A DNA stretch of 64,000 nt. Source: Hormiphora californensis (taxonomy: Eukaryota > Animalia > Ctenophora). Below, piece after piece: positions 38,801 to 51,391 of the stretch. Under the pieces are notes generated by a model. The model made no database searches. It was given only the letters and a program-made list of their open reading frames with translations, and had not been told where the DNA came from. The position numbers were made by a program, and so were the translations under genes. The stretch covers positions 4,526,001-4,590,000 of the forward strand of contig CM035359.1 in the NCBI GenBank assembly GCA_020137815.1. Direction: 5' to 3'. The stretch's first letter is position 1. Every line of letters starts with the position of its first letter.

Positions 38801-41800
38801 TCCAATTACAGCTAGCTATATAAATGGCATGTTTTTGTTTGAATATTCTATCTAGATCTTCTGAGCTAGCATATCTCATCGCAGAGTTGAGTTATAACTC
38901 AAACTATATTTTCAGTATCTACTCTATCTATAACTCAAACTATATTTTCAGTATCTACTCTGTCTATAACTCAACCTATATTTTCAGTATTTACTCTGTC
39001 TATAACTCAACCTATATTTTCAGTATTTACTCTGTCTATAACTCAAACTATATTTTCAGTATCTACTCTGTCTATAACTCAAACCATATTTTCAGTATTT
39101 ACTCTGTCTATAATTCAACCTATATTTTCAGTATCTACTCTGTCTATAACTCAACCTTTATTTTCAGTATTTAATCTGTCTATAACTCAAACTATATTTT
39201 CAGTATCTACTCTGTCTATAACTCAACCTTTATTTTCAGTATTTAATCTGTCTATAACTCAAACTATATTTTCAGTATTTACTCTGTCTATAACTCAACC
39301 TATATTTTCAGTATTTACTCTGTCTATAACTCAAACTATATTTTCAGTATTTACTCTGTCTATAACTCAAACCATATTTTCAGTATTTACTCTGTCTATA
39401 ACTCAACCTATATTTTCAGTATTTACTCTGTCTATAACTCAACCTATATTTTCAGTATTTACTCTGTCTATAACTCAACCTATATTTTCAGTATCTATTC
39501 TGTCGTTAACTCAACCTATATTTTCAGTATTTACTCTGTCTATAACTCAACCTATATTTTCAGTATTTACTCTGTCTATAACTCAACCTATATTTTCAGT
39601 ATTTACTCTGTCTATAACTCAAACTATATTTTCAGTATTTACTCTGTCTACTTGGCGGATTGGTTGGCTGTCTTCCCAAGGGAACAAGTACATGTTATCA
39701 AGTTTGAGGATCACATTAAAAACCAAGCAGAAAGCTTTCAAGAGCTATCCGCATTTCTTGACATAGGTATGACAATACTCTATACAGTCGGACCCCGATT
39801 TAGTGGCATCCTCGGGGGAAAGAAATCCTGCCACTAAATCGGGGTGCCACTAAATCGGGGTGAGCCATATTTGGCCCATAAAAACCTATTTTATGCCCAA
39901 AATGCTATACTAAGACTAAAGACACCTCTAACTGTTATATGCAATATTCATGTATTGATTACATGATCATTTCTGATTAGAAATAGAAAACGATCAAATA
40001 AATTTTTCAAAAAAATTGTGAAAAATTTTCTAAGTTATACCAGCCCGTCCGATTTGTGTTTCGAATCGGTGCAGCTTCCTGGATGTCCTGTCTAATTAGC
40101 GGGTTCGAAACGAACTGATACGTGATACCATGCCAAATCGGGGCACCCTAACCCTTTGGAGACGATTGGGTCACAGGTGACCCACAACTTTGAACCCATA
40201 TAGCGTCTTTCTAGACCATATTTGAAAGTTTTAAATCGTTTCCAGGGTTGAACCATACATTTTTCTAGCATTTTGAGGTCGTTTTGAGCCTCTGAAGTTG
40301 TCGACTTTGGAAAACAGGGCTAAAACAGTGCATTTGGTAGGCAAAATGGGTAGTTTAATGGCCATATCTCAAAATTGGTACGAGTATACTTAAAATGGAC
40401 TTGGAAAATGCAAGAAAAGTGTATATTTTACCCCGGGGTAAAGTTTCAGGGTGATATTCCAAATTTTGTGCCTCTCAGAGGCCTTCAAAGTGCTGGGTCA
40501 CCTGTGACCCAATCGTCCCCTAACGCTAAAATAGGAATTTGCATTTTACGAGCATTTCTAAAGGAATGGCCCCCGATAAAAGTCTAAAACGGCATTTTTT
40601 AAACAGTTGCTAGCGACTAACCGACTCTATCATTGTTATCTGAACATCTTAGGGAGTCGATGAAAAAATTTTTGAGATCCGTGCTCCTTCAGAAAATTTT
40701 TCATCTCGGCCAATTTTGAAATTCTAAAATCGGCTAGAGATGAGATAGAGAGGCCCATAGGGTGTGCAAACTGTGCAGAATGGCCGGGTTTATATAAGTG
40801 TTATGAACAAACATAGGGTCTAAAATGAGCGGTTTTCGAGTTATCGGGCAAAATAGCGGCAAAATCTCAATTCCTATTTTAGCGTTAGGGGACGATTGGG
40901 TCACAGGTGACCCAATAGAAATACAGGTGGTAGAACCAAAATTCCTTTTCCTGCGTTCAAGTAGGTTCAAAGTGAGTGTCTCCAGAAAGTTTTAGAGAAT
41001 TCTGTCGACAGGGGGCTTATCGTCCCCAAAGGGCTAAGCGGGTGAGGAAGTATCAAAATTTCAAAATAACTTTTTCTCTCAAAATTTATGGGGAGCACCG
41101 ATCAAAGCATTGATAATCGTACTGTAAAATTTTGCAAAAAAAAGTTGTAAAATTTTTTAAAGTTATACCAGCCACGTCCGAATCGTGTTTCGAATCGGTG
41201 CATCTTATCGCATGTCCTGCTGCTAATTAGACGGTTCGGAACAAATCGAAACGTGATCCTCATCGAATCGAAATTTTGACGCTTGGTGAACTAATGATTC
41301 AATGGCCCCATGGGGATCACGTATCGGTTCGTTCCGAACCGTCTAATTAGCAGCAGGACATGCGATAAGATTCACTGATTCGAAACACGATTCGGACGTG
41401 GCTGGTATTCCTTTGAAAAATTTTCAAAAAAATTTCAAAAAAATTTCACGAAAAAAAAATCAAAAAAATTTTTGGGGGAAAAAAATCCTGCCACTAAATC
41501 GGGGTGCCACTAAATCGGGGGCCACTAAATCGGGGTCCGACTGTAACATAATCTCTATTTATAGGCGCTTTCGCCTTTCATCAATTTATCAAATGTCAAA
41601 TATGCTTTGCAACGCGGTTAACCCACACAGGAAAATGATACAGGCTAGCTTCCAAACATGCCAATTGCTGACGTGTTTCGACGCAAAGGTTGTTAATAAC
41701 CGATTCTATATATCTTCAGAGCCGTATGACGAAGGCGATCTAACTAGTTTCATGGATAAACATAACGTCGCCAACTCGCTAAAGGACAGTAAACGAATAC

Positions 41801-41925
41801 CATACATGTTGCCAGAGACTATTACCGCCCTAGAAGAATTCTTTGCTCCATTTTTGGGAGATTTGGTAGAAATGCTGGGTGATGAGAAATGGAGCTGGGG
41901 CAGACCAACCGTATCACCAAACTAA
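33378..41925 (+). CDS. Golgi type II sulfotransferase, CHST15/GalNAc4S-6ST-like, 12 exons
   Basis: Exons 33378-33471 (signal anchor), 35250-35353, 35578-35724, 35882-36015, 36185-36333 (KNPCW..CVPYFYIIG), 36491-36634 (VTKCGTTD, 5'-PSB), 36785-36948, 38205-38299 (LRDP, 3'-PB), 38423-38503, 38610-38721, 39636-39766, 41720-41925. One apparent 1-bp frameshift near 38685. Confidence 0.85.
33595..34488. mobile_element. MITE family A copy
   Basis: TIRs present; the right TA is replaced by an adjacent element. Confidence 0.85.
34489..35110 (-). mobile_element. Helentron/DINE-1-like non-autonomous element
   Basis: Hairpin ggggcctggtaaggcccc next to subterminal IR ccgacccgaa; partner ttcgggtcgg at ~35062; internal microsatellites. 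Confidence 0.55.
36904..37263 (+). repeat. Triplication of an exon 3' end plus donor site
   Basis: cccctcccattcttggg...catcag|gtacatt x3, ~135-bp period. Confidence 0.9.
38893..39650 (+). repeat. 36-bp minisatellite, ~21 copies, each containing the splice acceptor
   Basis: Unit tataactcaacctatattttcag|tatttactctgtc; the last copy is the functional acceptor at 39635. Confidence 0.95.
39785..41543. mobile_element. MITE family A copy with nested insertion
   Basis: TIRs and TA flanks. Confidence 0.9.
40152..41033. mobile_element. Second piggyBac-like MITE, CTAA target duplication
   Basis: TIR ccctttggagacgat / atcgtccccaaaggg; CTAA at 40148-40151 and 41034-41037; the empty site gcaccctaagcgg is seen in the copy at ~33960. 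Confidence 0.85.
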
Positions 41926-42694
41926 ACCAATTTAAAACCATGTGTGTGTATCACTGTATGGTGTAGAGTAAATAGATGCATTTTTGCAAAGCAGCACTCT
42001 ATGTGTAGGTTTATTTTTCAGAGCTGTTATTTTTTTACATACGTTGACCACTAACATGTTTTGTTGCGACACCGTCGCTAGCACATTGTATTATACTGAA
42101 AAATGTGGGCTGATATTTATGCTGTGCAGCTGAGTTAATTCTAAACAGAGTGTTTTGTTAAGCGTGAATATTTACGGGTATGTTTATAAAGGAGCAGCTT
42201 GAAATACGGGAATCTTTATAAAGGAGCAGCTTGAAATATGGGTATCTTTATAAAGGAGCAGCTTAAAATATGGGTATCTTAATAAAAGAGCAGTTTCAAG
42301 CTTCTTATTTTAATCTGAGTGATTTTGTTATTGGGCGAAAACGGTCGTGCCTGAAATCTCAGGTCCAGGCCACGGCTAATTTCCACGGAGACCTGAAATC
42401 TCAGGTTCAGGGCACGGCTATTTTCCACGGAGACCTGAAATCTCAGGTTTCAATGACGGCTGTCGGCTATAATAGGGAATAGCCGTCACTGAAACCTGAG
42501 TTCTCAGGTCTCAGTGGAAAATAGCCGTGGCCTGGACCTGAGGTTCAGGCACGACTGTTTTCCCTCATGATAGCCCCATACTTGGTGGAGTCAGTGTTAT
42601 ACCATTATCCTTTCCGTGTTTTTATTTTATTTCGTCTGCTTACAGACATTCGGGAACCAACGTGTGTGTTATCATTTCTCTCCAAATTAGTGGC

Positions 42695-44008
42695 ATGGAT
42701 TATGATGCCGTAGTTGTTGATAATGGATCTGGAATGGTTAAGGCTGGGTTCGCTGGAGATGATGCTCCCCGAGTTGTCTTTCCTCCCATTGTTGGCCGGC
42801 CCAAGTACCAGGGTGTCATGGTTGGTATGGGACAGAGGGACTGCTATGTCGGGGATGAAGCCCAGCGCAACAGAGGTATCAGCTGAAATCTGAAGTAACA
42901 GCTTTTGAGCATAAAGTAGTGTCTGACTCTGGTCTGGAAACCCCCTACTGAACGGAGGTTTTCTGGATCAGATTTTCAAGATGAATCCAATGCAACAGGA
43001 TTTAGCTTTCTATCTTATCGGGAAGTTTGGAATGAAGGCCCTTTTTCTGGAGCCAATCAGAGGCTTGGATTTCGAAATAATGGCCTCTGATTGGCTCGCA
43101 CACTAAAAAAGAGGGGTTGAAGCACAAACTTCCCGATAAGATAGAAAGCTAAGTCCTGAAATCCGGTTGCGCTCAGCACTGGATTTGTCTTAAAAAAGGC
43201 GACGATAAGAAAATAATAAAAGCTATTTTCAACTAGGGGTTCTCAGACCACAGCCAGATACTATTGAGCGTGGAATCATCACCAACTGGGACGATATGGA
43301 GAAGATCTGGCATCACACTTTCTACAACGAGCTCCGAATTGCCCCTGAAAAGCACCCCGTCCTCCTGACTGAGGCTCCCCTGAACCCCAAGCCCAACAGG
43401 GAGAAGATGACCCAGATCATGTTCGAGACCTTCAACACCCCTGCCATGTATGTTGCCATCCAGGCTGTCCTGTCCCTGTACGCTAATGATAGAACGACTG
43501 GTATCGTCCTGGATTCTGGTGATGGTGTTTCTCACTCTGTTCCTATCTATGAGGGTAAGAGAAACGTACTGTCCCCGCACGGACCAATGACATTGACATG
43601 TTATACTCAATACTGTCCCTAATTTGTCAAAAAAGTGTACTAATTCCCGAGACCCTCTTCCAGCCTGCTTTCATCGGAATGGAGTCTGCTTCAGGAATCC
43701 ACGAGACATGCTACAACTCCATCATGAAGTGCGATGTTGACATGAGTGTGAAGGATCTGTTCGCCAACATCGTCCTCTCCGGCGGAACCACCATGTACCC
43801 TGGTATTGCCGACAGGATGCAGAAGGAGATCACCGCCCTCGCTCCCCCTTCCATGAAGATCAAGATCATTGCTCCTCCTGAGAGGAAGTACTCCGTCTGG
43901 ATCGGAGGATCCATCCTGGCCTCTCTCTCCACCTTCCAGACCATGTGGATATCCAAGCAGGAGTACGACGAGTCTGGTCCCTCCATTGTACACAGGAAAT
44001 GTTTCTAG
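42695..44008 (+). pseudogene. Actin pseudogene
   Basis: [18 protein letters not shown] ... [10 protein letters not shown] ... SIVHRKCF*. A ~375-bp insertion follows RGI, the segment from IYEG to PETLFQP (~residues 169-257) is absent, and conserved residues are substituted. Confidence 0.88.
42881..43260. mobile_element. MITE-like insertion in the actin pseudogene
   Basis: Internal IR ggatttagctttctatcttatcgggaagtttg / caaacttcccgataagatagaaagctaagtcc. Confidence 0.55.
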
Positions 44009-44371
44009 AATTTGAAAACTCGGTAATTTACAAGGTCCTGGTGATCGTTGTTTAGTTACCCCTTACTCAACAAGGTGATCGCACATTCGCCCAAGCCCCA
44101 AAATCTGTCTGGCGACAGTGCAGTGCGCTCAGATGGGGTCGGCGGCGCCAGACAGCACAAAATAGCACTCAGACAAACAGGTATTTGGCACCATGCAAAT
44201 TCAGTAGTTGACTATTATAGTTGCCCTTCGGTGGGCAAGGTGTCCACCTCCTCTTCCTTCTCTCATGATTCTTTCCAGTATAATTTCAATCTTGTTCGGA
44301 TATAGAATAATGTGCAATTGTATAATATTCAGATTAATAATCGATTATTTTGGGGTTTTTTAAGAGTAAGA

Positions 44372-44433
<62 letters not shown>

Positions 44434-44608
44434 TTGGTTTGGTTTTGGTTTGGTTTGAAAATATGATGGTGGACGAACAGCAATGTAAATCAAATAAATG
44501 ATAAACAACTGGGTCCCGCCCCGTGCGAAGAGATCGAAATCATGATAGTAAAAACAGTTAAAACAGGGAAAGGATCTCCACAAGCTTGTGGGGCAAAATT
44601 TAATGAGT

Positions 44609-45476
44609 TCAGATGCTTTCAATCACACCTTTCCTTAAAACATACTTTCTCTCGGGATGCGCCAGTCTCAACTCACTAAGAGTCTTCACCGCTCTTCTCC
44701 TCTCAGCTCTCTCCTCATAACTACGATCAGGCTCAAGATACACTCTCTTAAAGTTCTCACTGTTTCTCAGCACACTTGCCTTTCTCAATAAAACAAGAAG
44801 ACTGTCTCTAGACTCCAAAGTCACCTTCACAGGTCTCACCTTACCCTCAGCTGCCGTACCCAACCTCTCACAACTGGTCATCAGGGGCTTCTCGTCCATT
44901 TCCTCCAACAGGGCCGCGACAGAAGTGTCAACTGTAACTCCAGCAGGTTCCTCAGGCAGGCCAAATACAATCAGGTTTCTGGAACGGTCCTCTTCATCAG
45001 ACTTCACAAAAGATGCTTTGGTGACAGCCCGCTGGATTCTATTTGGAGCAAGCGCCGCTGCACAGTTCTGAGTCAGCATAGTTGAATAGCTCTTCAAGTC
45101 ACGTTGAACAGTTTTGGTAACTGTGGCGGTCTCAACATTTCTTATCTCGTCCTTCAACTTGATGACTTGATCCTGTAGATCAATGACCTTCCGGTGAGCC
45201 TCAGCTAGTTCCTCATGTAGACCGATCTTCTTTGCAGGTAGGTACAGGAGCTATCGGAGTAGTGCTCCCTTGGGGGAGTGCAAGATCAACTAGTAACTTG
45301 CATGCCTCCGACAAATAAGACGCTAAGTCTTTCTTCGTATACTGTCTACCGCCTAAAATCTCAGGAGTGATATCAGCATCATGCCTTCCACTTCCTATCT
45401 CATACGGTGCAAATGCAATAGCACACCTCCGGGTAGTGAGACGGTTTATAAATTGGGTAACTTGGGACAACGTCAT
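44609..45476 (-). mobile_element. LINE (L2/CR1-type) ORF1-like gene without ORF2, one frameshift near 45235
   Basis: Coiled coil followed by RSRNLIVFGLPEE, RLG..RPVKV and VYLEPDRSYEER; followed by a short 3' region and a (CT)n tail. Confidence 0.75.
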
Positions 45477-45961
45477 CTTGCTATAACGGTGGTCCTCAAA
45501 CGGTGGGACAGTCGCGAGAGAGAGCGAGAGAGAGCGAGAGAGAGAGAGAGAGATCAGAGAGTGAGAGAGAGAGAGAGAGAAGAGAGCGAGGAGAGAGAGA
45601 GAGAGAGAGCGAGCGAGATAGAGAGCGAGAGAGATAGCGAAGAAGAGAGAGAGAGTGAGAGAGAATGAAATAGAAGAGAGTGAAGAGAAAGATAGAGAGA
45701 CGATAAGATATTCGAGAATTACTCCGCTCTCTATCTAGATCATATAGCTATACTGCTCTATTAGAGGATCTCTCTCTCTCTCTCTCTCTGCTCTCTCTCT
45801 CTCTCTCTCTCTCGATCTACGCGCTCTCTCTCTCGTCTCTCTCTCCTCTGCCTCCATCCTACTCTCTCTCTTCTCGCTCTCTCTCTCTTTTCTCTCTCTC
45901 CCTCTCATCTCTCTCTCTCTCCTCTCCCTCTTCTCTCTCTCTCCTTCTCTCTCTCTCTCTC

Positions 45962-45992
<31 letters not shown>

Positions 45993-46045
45993 GCTCCTCT
46001 CTGCTCTCTCTACTCTCTTCTCCTCTCTCTCTCTCCTCTCTCTTC

Positions 46046-46095
<50 letters not shown>

Positions 46096-46101
46096 CTCTC
46101 T

Positions 46102-46132
<31 letters not shown>

Positions 46133-46731
46133 CTCTCTTCGCCTCTGCTCTCGCTCTTCTCTCTCTCTCTCGTCTCTCTCTCTCTCTCTCGCTCTCTCCT
46201 CTCTCCTCGTTTCTCTCGCTCTCTCTCTTCTCCTCTCTCTACTCGCTCTCCTCCTCTCCTTCTCTTCTCTCTCTCTTCTCTCCTTTCTCTCTCTCCTCCC
46301 TCTCTCTCTCTCTCCCTCTCTCTTCTCTCTCTCTCCTCCTCTCGCCCTTCGCTCCCTGCGCTCGTCTTCGCTCTCTCTCTCTCTGCTCTCTCCCCGTCCT
46401 CGCGCTCGTGTCCGCGCGCGCTTGCGCGCGCCCCGCTCTCGCTGCGAGGCCTCCCGTGTTGTCCGCGTTTGAGAAGGCGATCGTTTGTGCATGGTTTCAT
46501 ATGTCATATAGTGGTGTTTTTGGTCACCTGACACCTTTTTTCTTGCCAAGTTAGACTGTTTTTCGCGCACCCCGGTTTTTATAAAATAAAATAAAAGAGT
46601 TTGTACAAAACAACTTTTTTTCCGGCTTCCTAGCAAGGGGTCCTCGGTGTGTTCTGTGTAGAATTGTTTATTGTCACTGAAGAGCCATTTATTTGGCGAA
46701 ACATTTGTTTGACTAACTAACTTGTTTCTAT

Positions 46732-47837
46732 GGGTCACCACTAGGGTGTGCTAAGTGAAAATTTTGTCGACTTGGCCAAAAGGTTAAGGGTAGATATGAA
46801 ACTATGGACAATTGTCTACTACATCCTGAAAACGGAATTGGGATAGTGTATGTCAATTACGTGGGCCAGGCGATTAAAAAAGTTTACTTTTTTACCGAAA
46901 AAAGGAAAATATGTGTGTTTTACACCAGTGTTTGGCATGTTCTTGATATCAACTTTTTATGGTCAGGGTCGTGTTCAGCGGTTTGATACCGATCAGAATG
47001 GATGTGTATCATGAAAGTTAGCCAAAGGTCATTTTTGACCTGAAAATGTTCATTTTGGACCAAAAATGTTCATTTTTGACTAAAAATGTTCATTTTGGCC
47101 ATTTTCTTCAATTTTGAGAGCTTTTTCATGAACGGGATCGTGTTCAGCAGGTCAAAAGTAGTCGGTTACAACCGGAATTTGGTTTCCGACAAATAAAATC
47201 TCAAAAAGTTAAAATTCGTCTCAACTAATACTGCAAAGTAGGAAAATGTGCAAGAAAAAAAGATGAAAAAAAAAAAAATTTTCATTATAAAATGGAGTTC
47301 TGAAGGTGCAGACTGGAAATAATGGTTGTACTGGTTCTCATGAGGCGATTCATATGTGTGGTTTTTTCGAAATAACGCCCCAAAAAACATTTTTTGATAT
47401 GAATATGCCCATATATGGGCATACATCGGCCCACGTAATTGGGCCAGGGTAGGACTAAAATTTTTTACTAAATGTTTTAGAATGATCGTAGGAACTCATT
47501 CTAGGGGTAAACTTTGTGAAAATTGGATTTGATTTATGAGTTGGGAAAAATAGCACACCCTAGTCACCACACACCAAAGTTAAAATTAAAATTAAAATTT
47601 TGATTTTAAACCCGCACACACCAGCGGCCGTTAAAATTTCTCTCCCCATTCTAAAAGTAACAATCTCACACACGATTTTGACGGTCGCGTTGGATGACAA
47701 AATTTTAACACGCCGTTAAAATCGCGCGCGAGATTGTTACTTTTAGAATGGGGGAAAGAAATTTTAACGGCCGCTGGTGTGTGCGGGTTTAAAATCAAAA
47801 TTTTAATTTTAATTTTAACTTTGGTGTGTGGTGACCC
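46732..47837. mobile_element. Palindromic Harbinger-like MITE whose left TIR is split by a hAT element
   Basis: gggtcaccacacaccaaag ... ctttggtgtgtggtgaccc arms; tat on both flanks. Confidence 0.7.
46742..47562. mobile_element. hAT-family MITE
   Basis: TIR tagggtgtgcta / tagcacacccta; perfect 8-bp TSD gtcaccac. Confidence 0.9.
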
Positions 47838-48185
47838 TATTTGTTTTTTTTGATGTATGGGCCCATACATTTGAATACATACCGGTGTGGTGGGTGATGA
47901 AACTTTTAATTTCTATTACGGTTAATGAAAAACTCATTGCTTGGTTATAACGCACTAACGAAGTGTAATTACTGTACATTGGCAGCTTATTGCAAATAAA
48001 TCACTCAAAATAAGAGAGAGAACACACAGCACTGCAGCAGTGTCGCTTAAAAGAGTTATGCTGTCTGTTTTGTCGATTGTCGCTAACTCCAGTAATCTAT
48101 CTATCTATCTACCGCCAGTCCATATAAAGACGAGAAGTACCTTGAACTTGACAATTTAATACGGTATGTTTAAAATTAGCAATTT

Positions 48186-51100
48186 TCAAAGTGCCGTCTC
48201 TTGGAGAGGGGAAGTTCCTTCCACCGGTTCCTGTTCGTTGAAAGTCTGGAGCGCCGTTATGAAACTATTCGCAGTGCGTCTCAAAACTCGAGCCGGCCCG
48301 AACAAGAGACCAAAGTAGAATGTCGAATCATACAGCAGTGGATTAATCACCGAGTTGATGGGGATGATAAGAATTGAAAAGAAGGGATACCAAGTTGACG
48401 CATTTATGGCTTCGGAGAGGTGCAGAAATGAAACAATGCTCAATGGAACCCAGCAGAAAAAATCAGTTAAGATTAGTGCAGAGATTTTTGCTTGAAGAGC
48501 TCTGTTGGCGCCTTGTCGACCCGTAGGAGCTCCCACATTCCGGCCGGATTGCTGGGTTTTAAAGCTGATGTATCCATAGCTGACCAAGATGAAGATGAAA
48601 CACAGGAAATTTACCAGAAGAATGGATGTTGAAAACACCCATTGGGGGTCGTCACGGGTAACTAGGTATTTAAACACACAGACTCCGTCATTGCCGTAAA
48701 AATGGACGGTAGAATTCGTTATACCTGAAAATAAGAAAGATAGAATTCAACTGCTACTATTTTGCTTTGCAATATGCACAACGCTAGTCGCTAATATATC
48801 GCTATGAATTTCACGCACACGCACAAACACACTTTTTAATTACCTCCATGATCTGATGAAAACATTTCTTTGACCATTGAGCGGATAGCTTCCCAGGAGA
48901 ACGAGGCTTTATCCCACGACATAGATCGTCCTTCAAAGTACTCCTTGAAAACCTTGTAGTGGTTGATCTTACTGACGGGCCGGATGAAAAGCGGCGATCC
49001 ATAGTAGTACAGCCCGTTGACAAAGTAGTCCTCGGTGAGTGACAAAATCGGTGTTACTGCAATCAGGACACTTGCCAAAAGTGGGAAAACTAGCAGTAAC
49101 ACAAGCTTGGCAGCAGACTTGTAGCTGAACAAGTCCCGTTGCACGAGGTTTCCAACGTTTGCGACTCTGGTGATACTGAGCATTGTCATTGCGAAGAGTG
49201 ACAATTGCGATCCCGTGGTACTTAAGACCCCGAGGAAGGAACACTCACTGGAGCTGAACCATTGGTATTTCTCTTGGCAGTAGTTGCCATCAGCATTGTA
49301 GATGAAGTCAAAATAGGATAACAGCAGAAGGTACACACCAATCATCAAGTCACCAAGGTTTATCAAAATAATGGCGAATTTGTTCAGAAACATTTCATAC
49401 GTCTTTTGTCGGGGTAACTCCCAAGCCGATCTTATCAGTGAAACAGTGTTCAGGGAAGTTGAAATCAGACCCATTGATAAGCTTGCAGACCTCAGAAAAT
49501 GGTTCCCGAAGATGTTCTTATTCGTAGATGAACAACTTTGTGAGCACTCGTCGGAAAAGTCACGGCAGTGCACCACGCCATCGCACACTTGAGATAGGGC
49601 CACTAGTTCACTGTAATTGGTACAGGGAAAGTGATTCGAACAGGAGTTCTCATCGGAGCCATCCCCGCAGTCGTCTTTAAGGTTACAAACATCCCGATAG
49701 GAGACACATCTTTTGTTATCACACGGAAATATTTTATTGTCGTAGAAGCCAGGGTCTTTTGCAGTTTTGAACAGCGTCGTTGTACTTGGAATGGCAGTGT
49801 CTGCCAGAGCTCGAACTACAGAATCCTTTTTGTTTATACAAGTGTCTCCAGGGATTTTCTTCAAGGGACATTCAGCATTCAGACAGATTTTGTTACATGC
49901 TGCATAGACATAGTTCGCACCAAAAAGATGGGAGCAGTCGACCTTTGTTTCAGGAATTCTTACGAGCACGGGTTGTTGGACGTTCAGTACAGTTTTGACG
50001 AATCCAGCAGTGTGTTCTACTGTGTTGCACTTTCCCAGTTGCCTTTCCAGATCTGCAGCTCCGGTTGGAAAACAATGCTGAATGAAGTGCTGATCCTGGG
50101 TAGTGATAAAGGTATCGATGCGATTTGTTACATCAACATCAGTTTGCCGGGCTGCGTTACACAGCTTTTCCTCAAACGAGCATGTGTTTATTCTGTCGCA
50201 AAGATTGTTCAAGTCAATATACTTTCTCTCTAAGGGACAGAGAAGAATATCCTGACATTCCGTTCCATTTTCTTGGTATCTGGTGTAGTAATCTTTTCCA
50301 CATCTCAACCACTGCGTTTCATCTTCATCCATTCCATCCAGACAATCCACTTCCCCGTCCATGACCCACTCCAATGGAATCAGTAAGGAGACGTTATTCT
50401 CCACGTTTGGAGAATGGAATCGTCTGATGCAGGTTACATTTGTGAGATCTTTACAACTTTCGTCCCTTCCGTTATTGCAATCTCGATGTCCATCACACAG
50501 CTGCCCCTTGTGAATGTTGCAGCCTAGTTCCGGTTCAACACAGGCGTTGTTGTACCCGTCATCACAAAGTTTATATCCCTGGCAATATCCCCACTTAGAT
50601 ATGGTGGTTGGATAGCCCTGGGAGAGACACTGCATAACAACCCTTTCAGGATCACTGCAGTTTGTCTGATCCTGTCCGTTTTCACAAGCGGAATAGTCAG
50701 GAAGGAAACATCTCATATTATCTTGGATTCGTATGATCTTAGAGCTCTGTGTGTGCTGACAGGTGGTATGATCAGCAACAGTCCAATTAAAACATTCTAT
50801 CTCGTCTTTGCCATTGTCACAACTCAGATATCCATTGCAGATCGAACTAGGGGGGACGTAATCATAGTAATATAATCCTTCTTCACACCACATACCATAT
50901 TGTACTCCATTGCAATCTGATTCATCTGAACACAAATAATCATCACAGATATTGTTACACTTTGTATTATCGTTACATCCAACCATGTTCAGTTCAGTGT
51001 TTTCACATGCACCACTCCTACAGCGGTACAGGGCTTCCATAAAAAAACCAATGGAGAAATAAAAGTCATCGCAAATGAACGTTCCACATAGCAATGGTAT

Positions 51101-51391
51101 CCCAGCTAGTTCTCTGGAACCTGTATAACCACTGTGTCCACAAACCTGGTAGAACCCTGGATCTGAAGGACAAACGGTACTGAAAACAGAATAATTAGAA
51201 CCACCATACCTTTCAGTATCAAAATTATACGTAATGTTTGATCTTGGACACTTGAAAAATGTGGAGTTACTGTCTGTTGTGAGACAATATTCGTGAAGGT
51301 ATCCATTCACTTCCGTCGGTTTGCATTCAGCCGATGAAATATCCCCTCCAACAACTCTTGTCAGGAGCAGTCCAAACACAAACAACATCAT
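48186..51391 (-). CDS. LDLa-repeat class A GPCR (GRL101/LGR-like 7TM, no LRRs), ~1028 aa, 2 exons
   Basis: Signal peptide; several LDLa modules (e.g. CDNKRCVSYRDVCNLKDDCGDGSDE); LGDLMIGVYL, TDFFCWVP, INSVINPLLY; intron 48725-48843 is phase-consistent. Confidence 0.92.

Noticed and set aside
38893-39650. CRISPR-like 36-bp repeats
   Set aside because: No spacers and no cas genes; it is a head-to-tail intronic minisatellite in a eukaryote.
45859-46741. Long RE-rich ORFs (also ~8000-8450, 15465, 21261, 56715-57172)
   Set aside because: Translations of GA/CT microsatellites; the garbled tracts may be low-quality sequence.
49631-50233. 200-aa plus-strand ORF
   Set aside because: Antisense shadow of the LDLa-GPCR exon.
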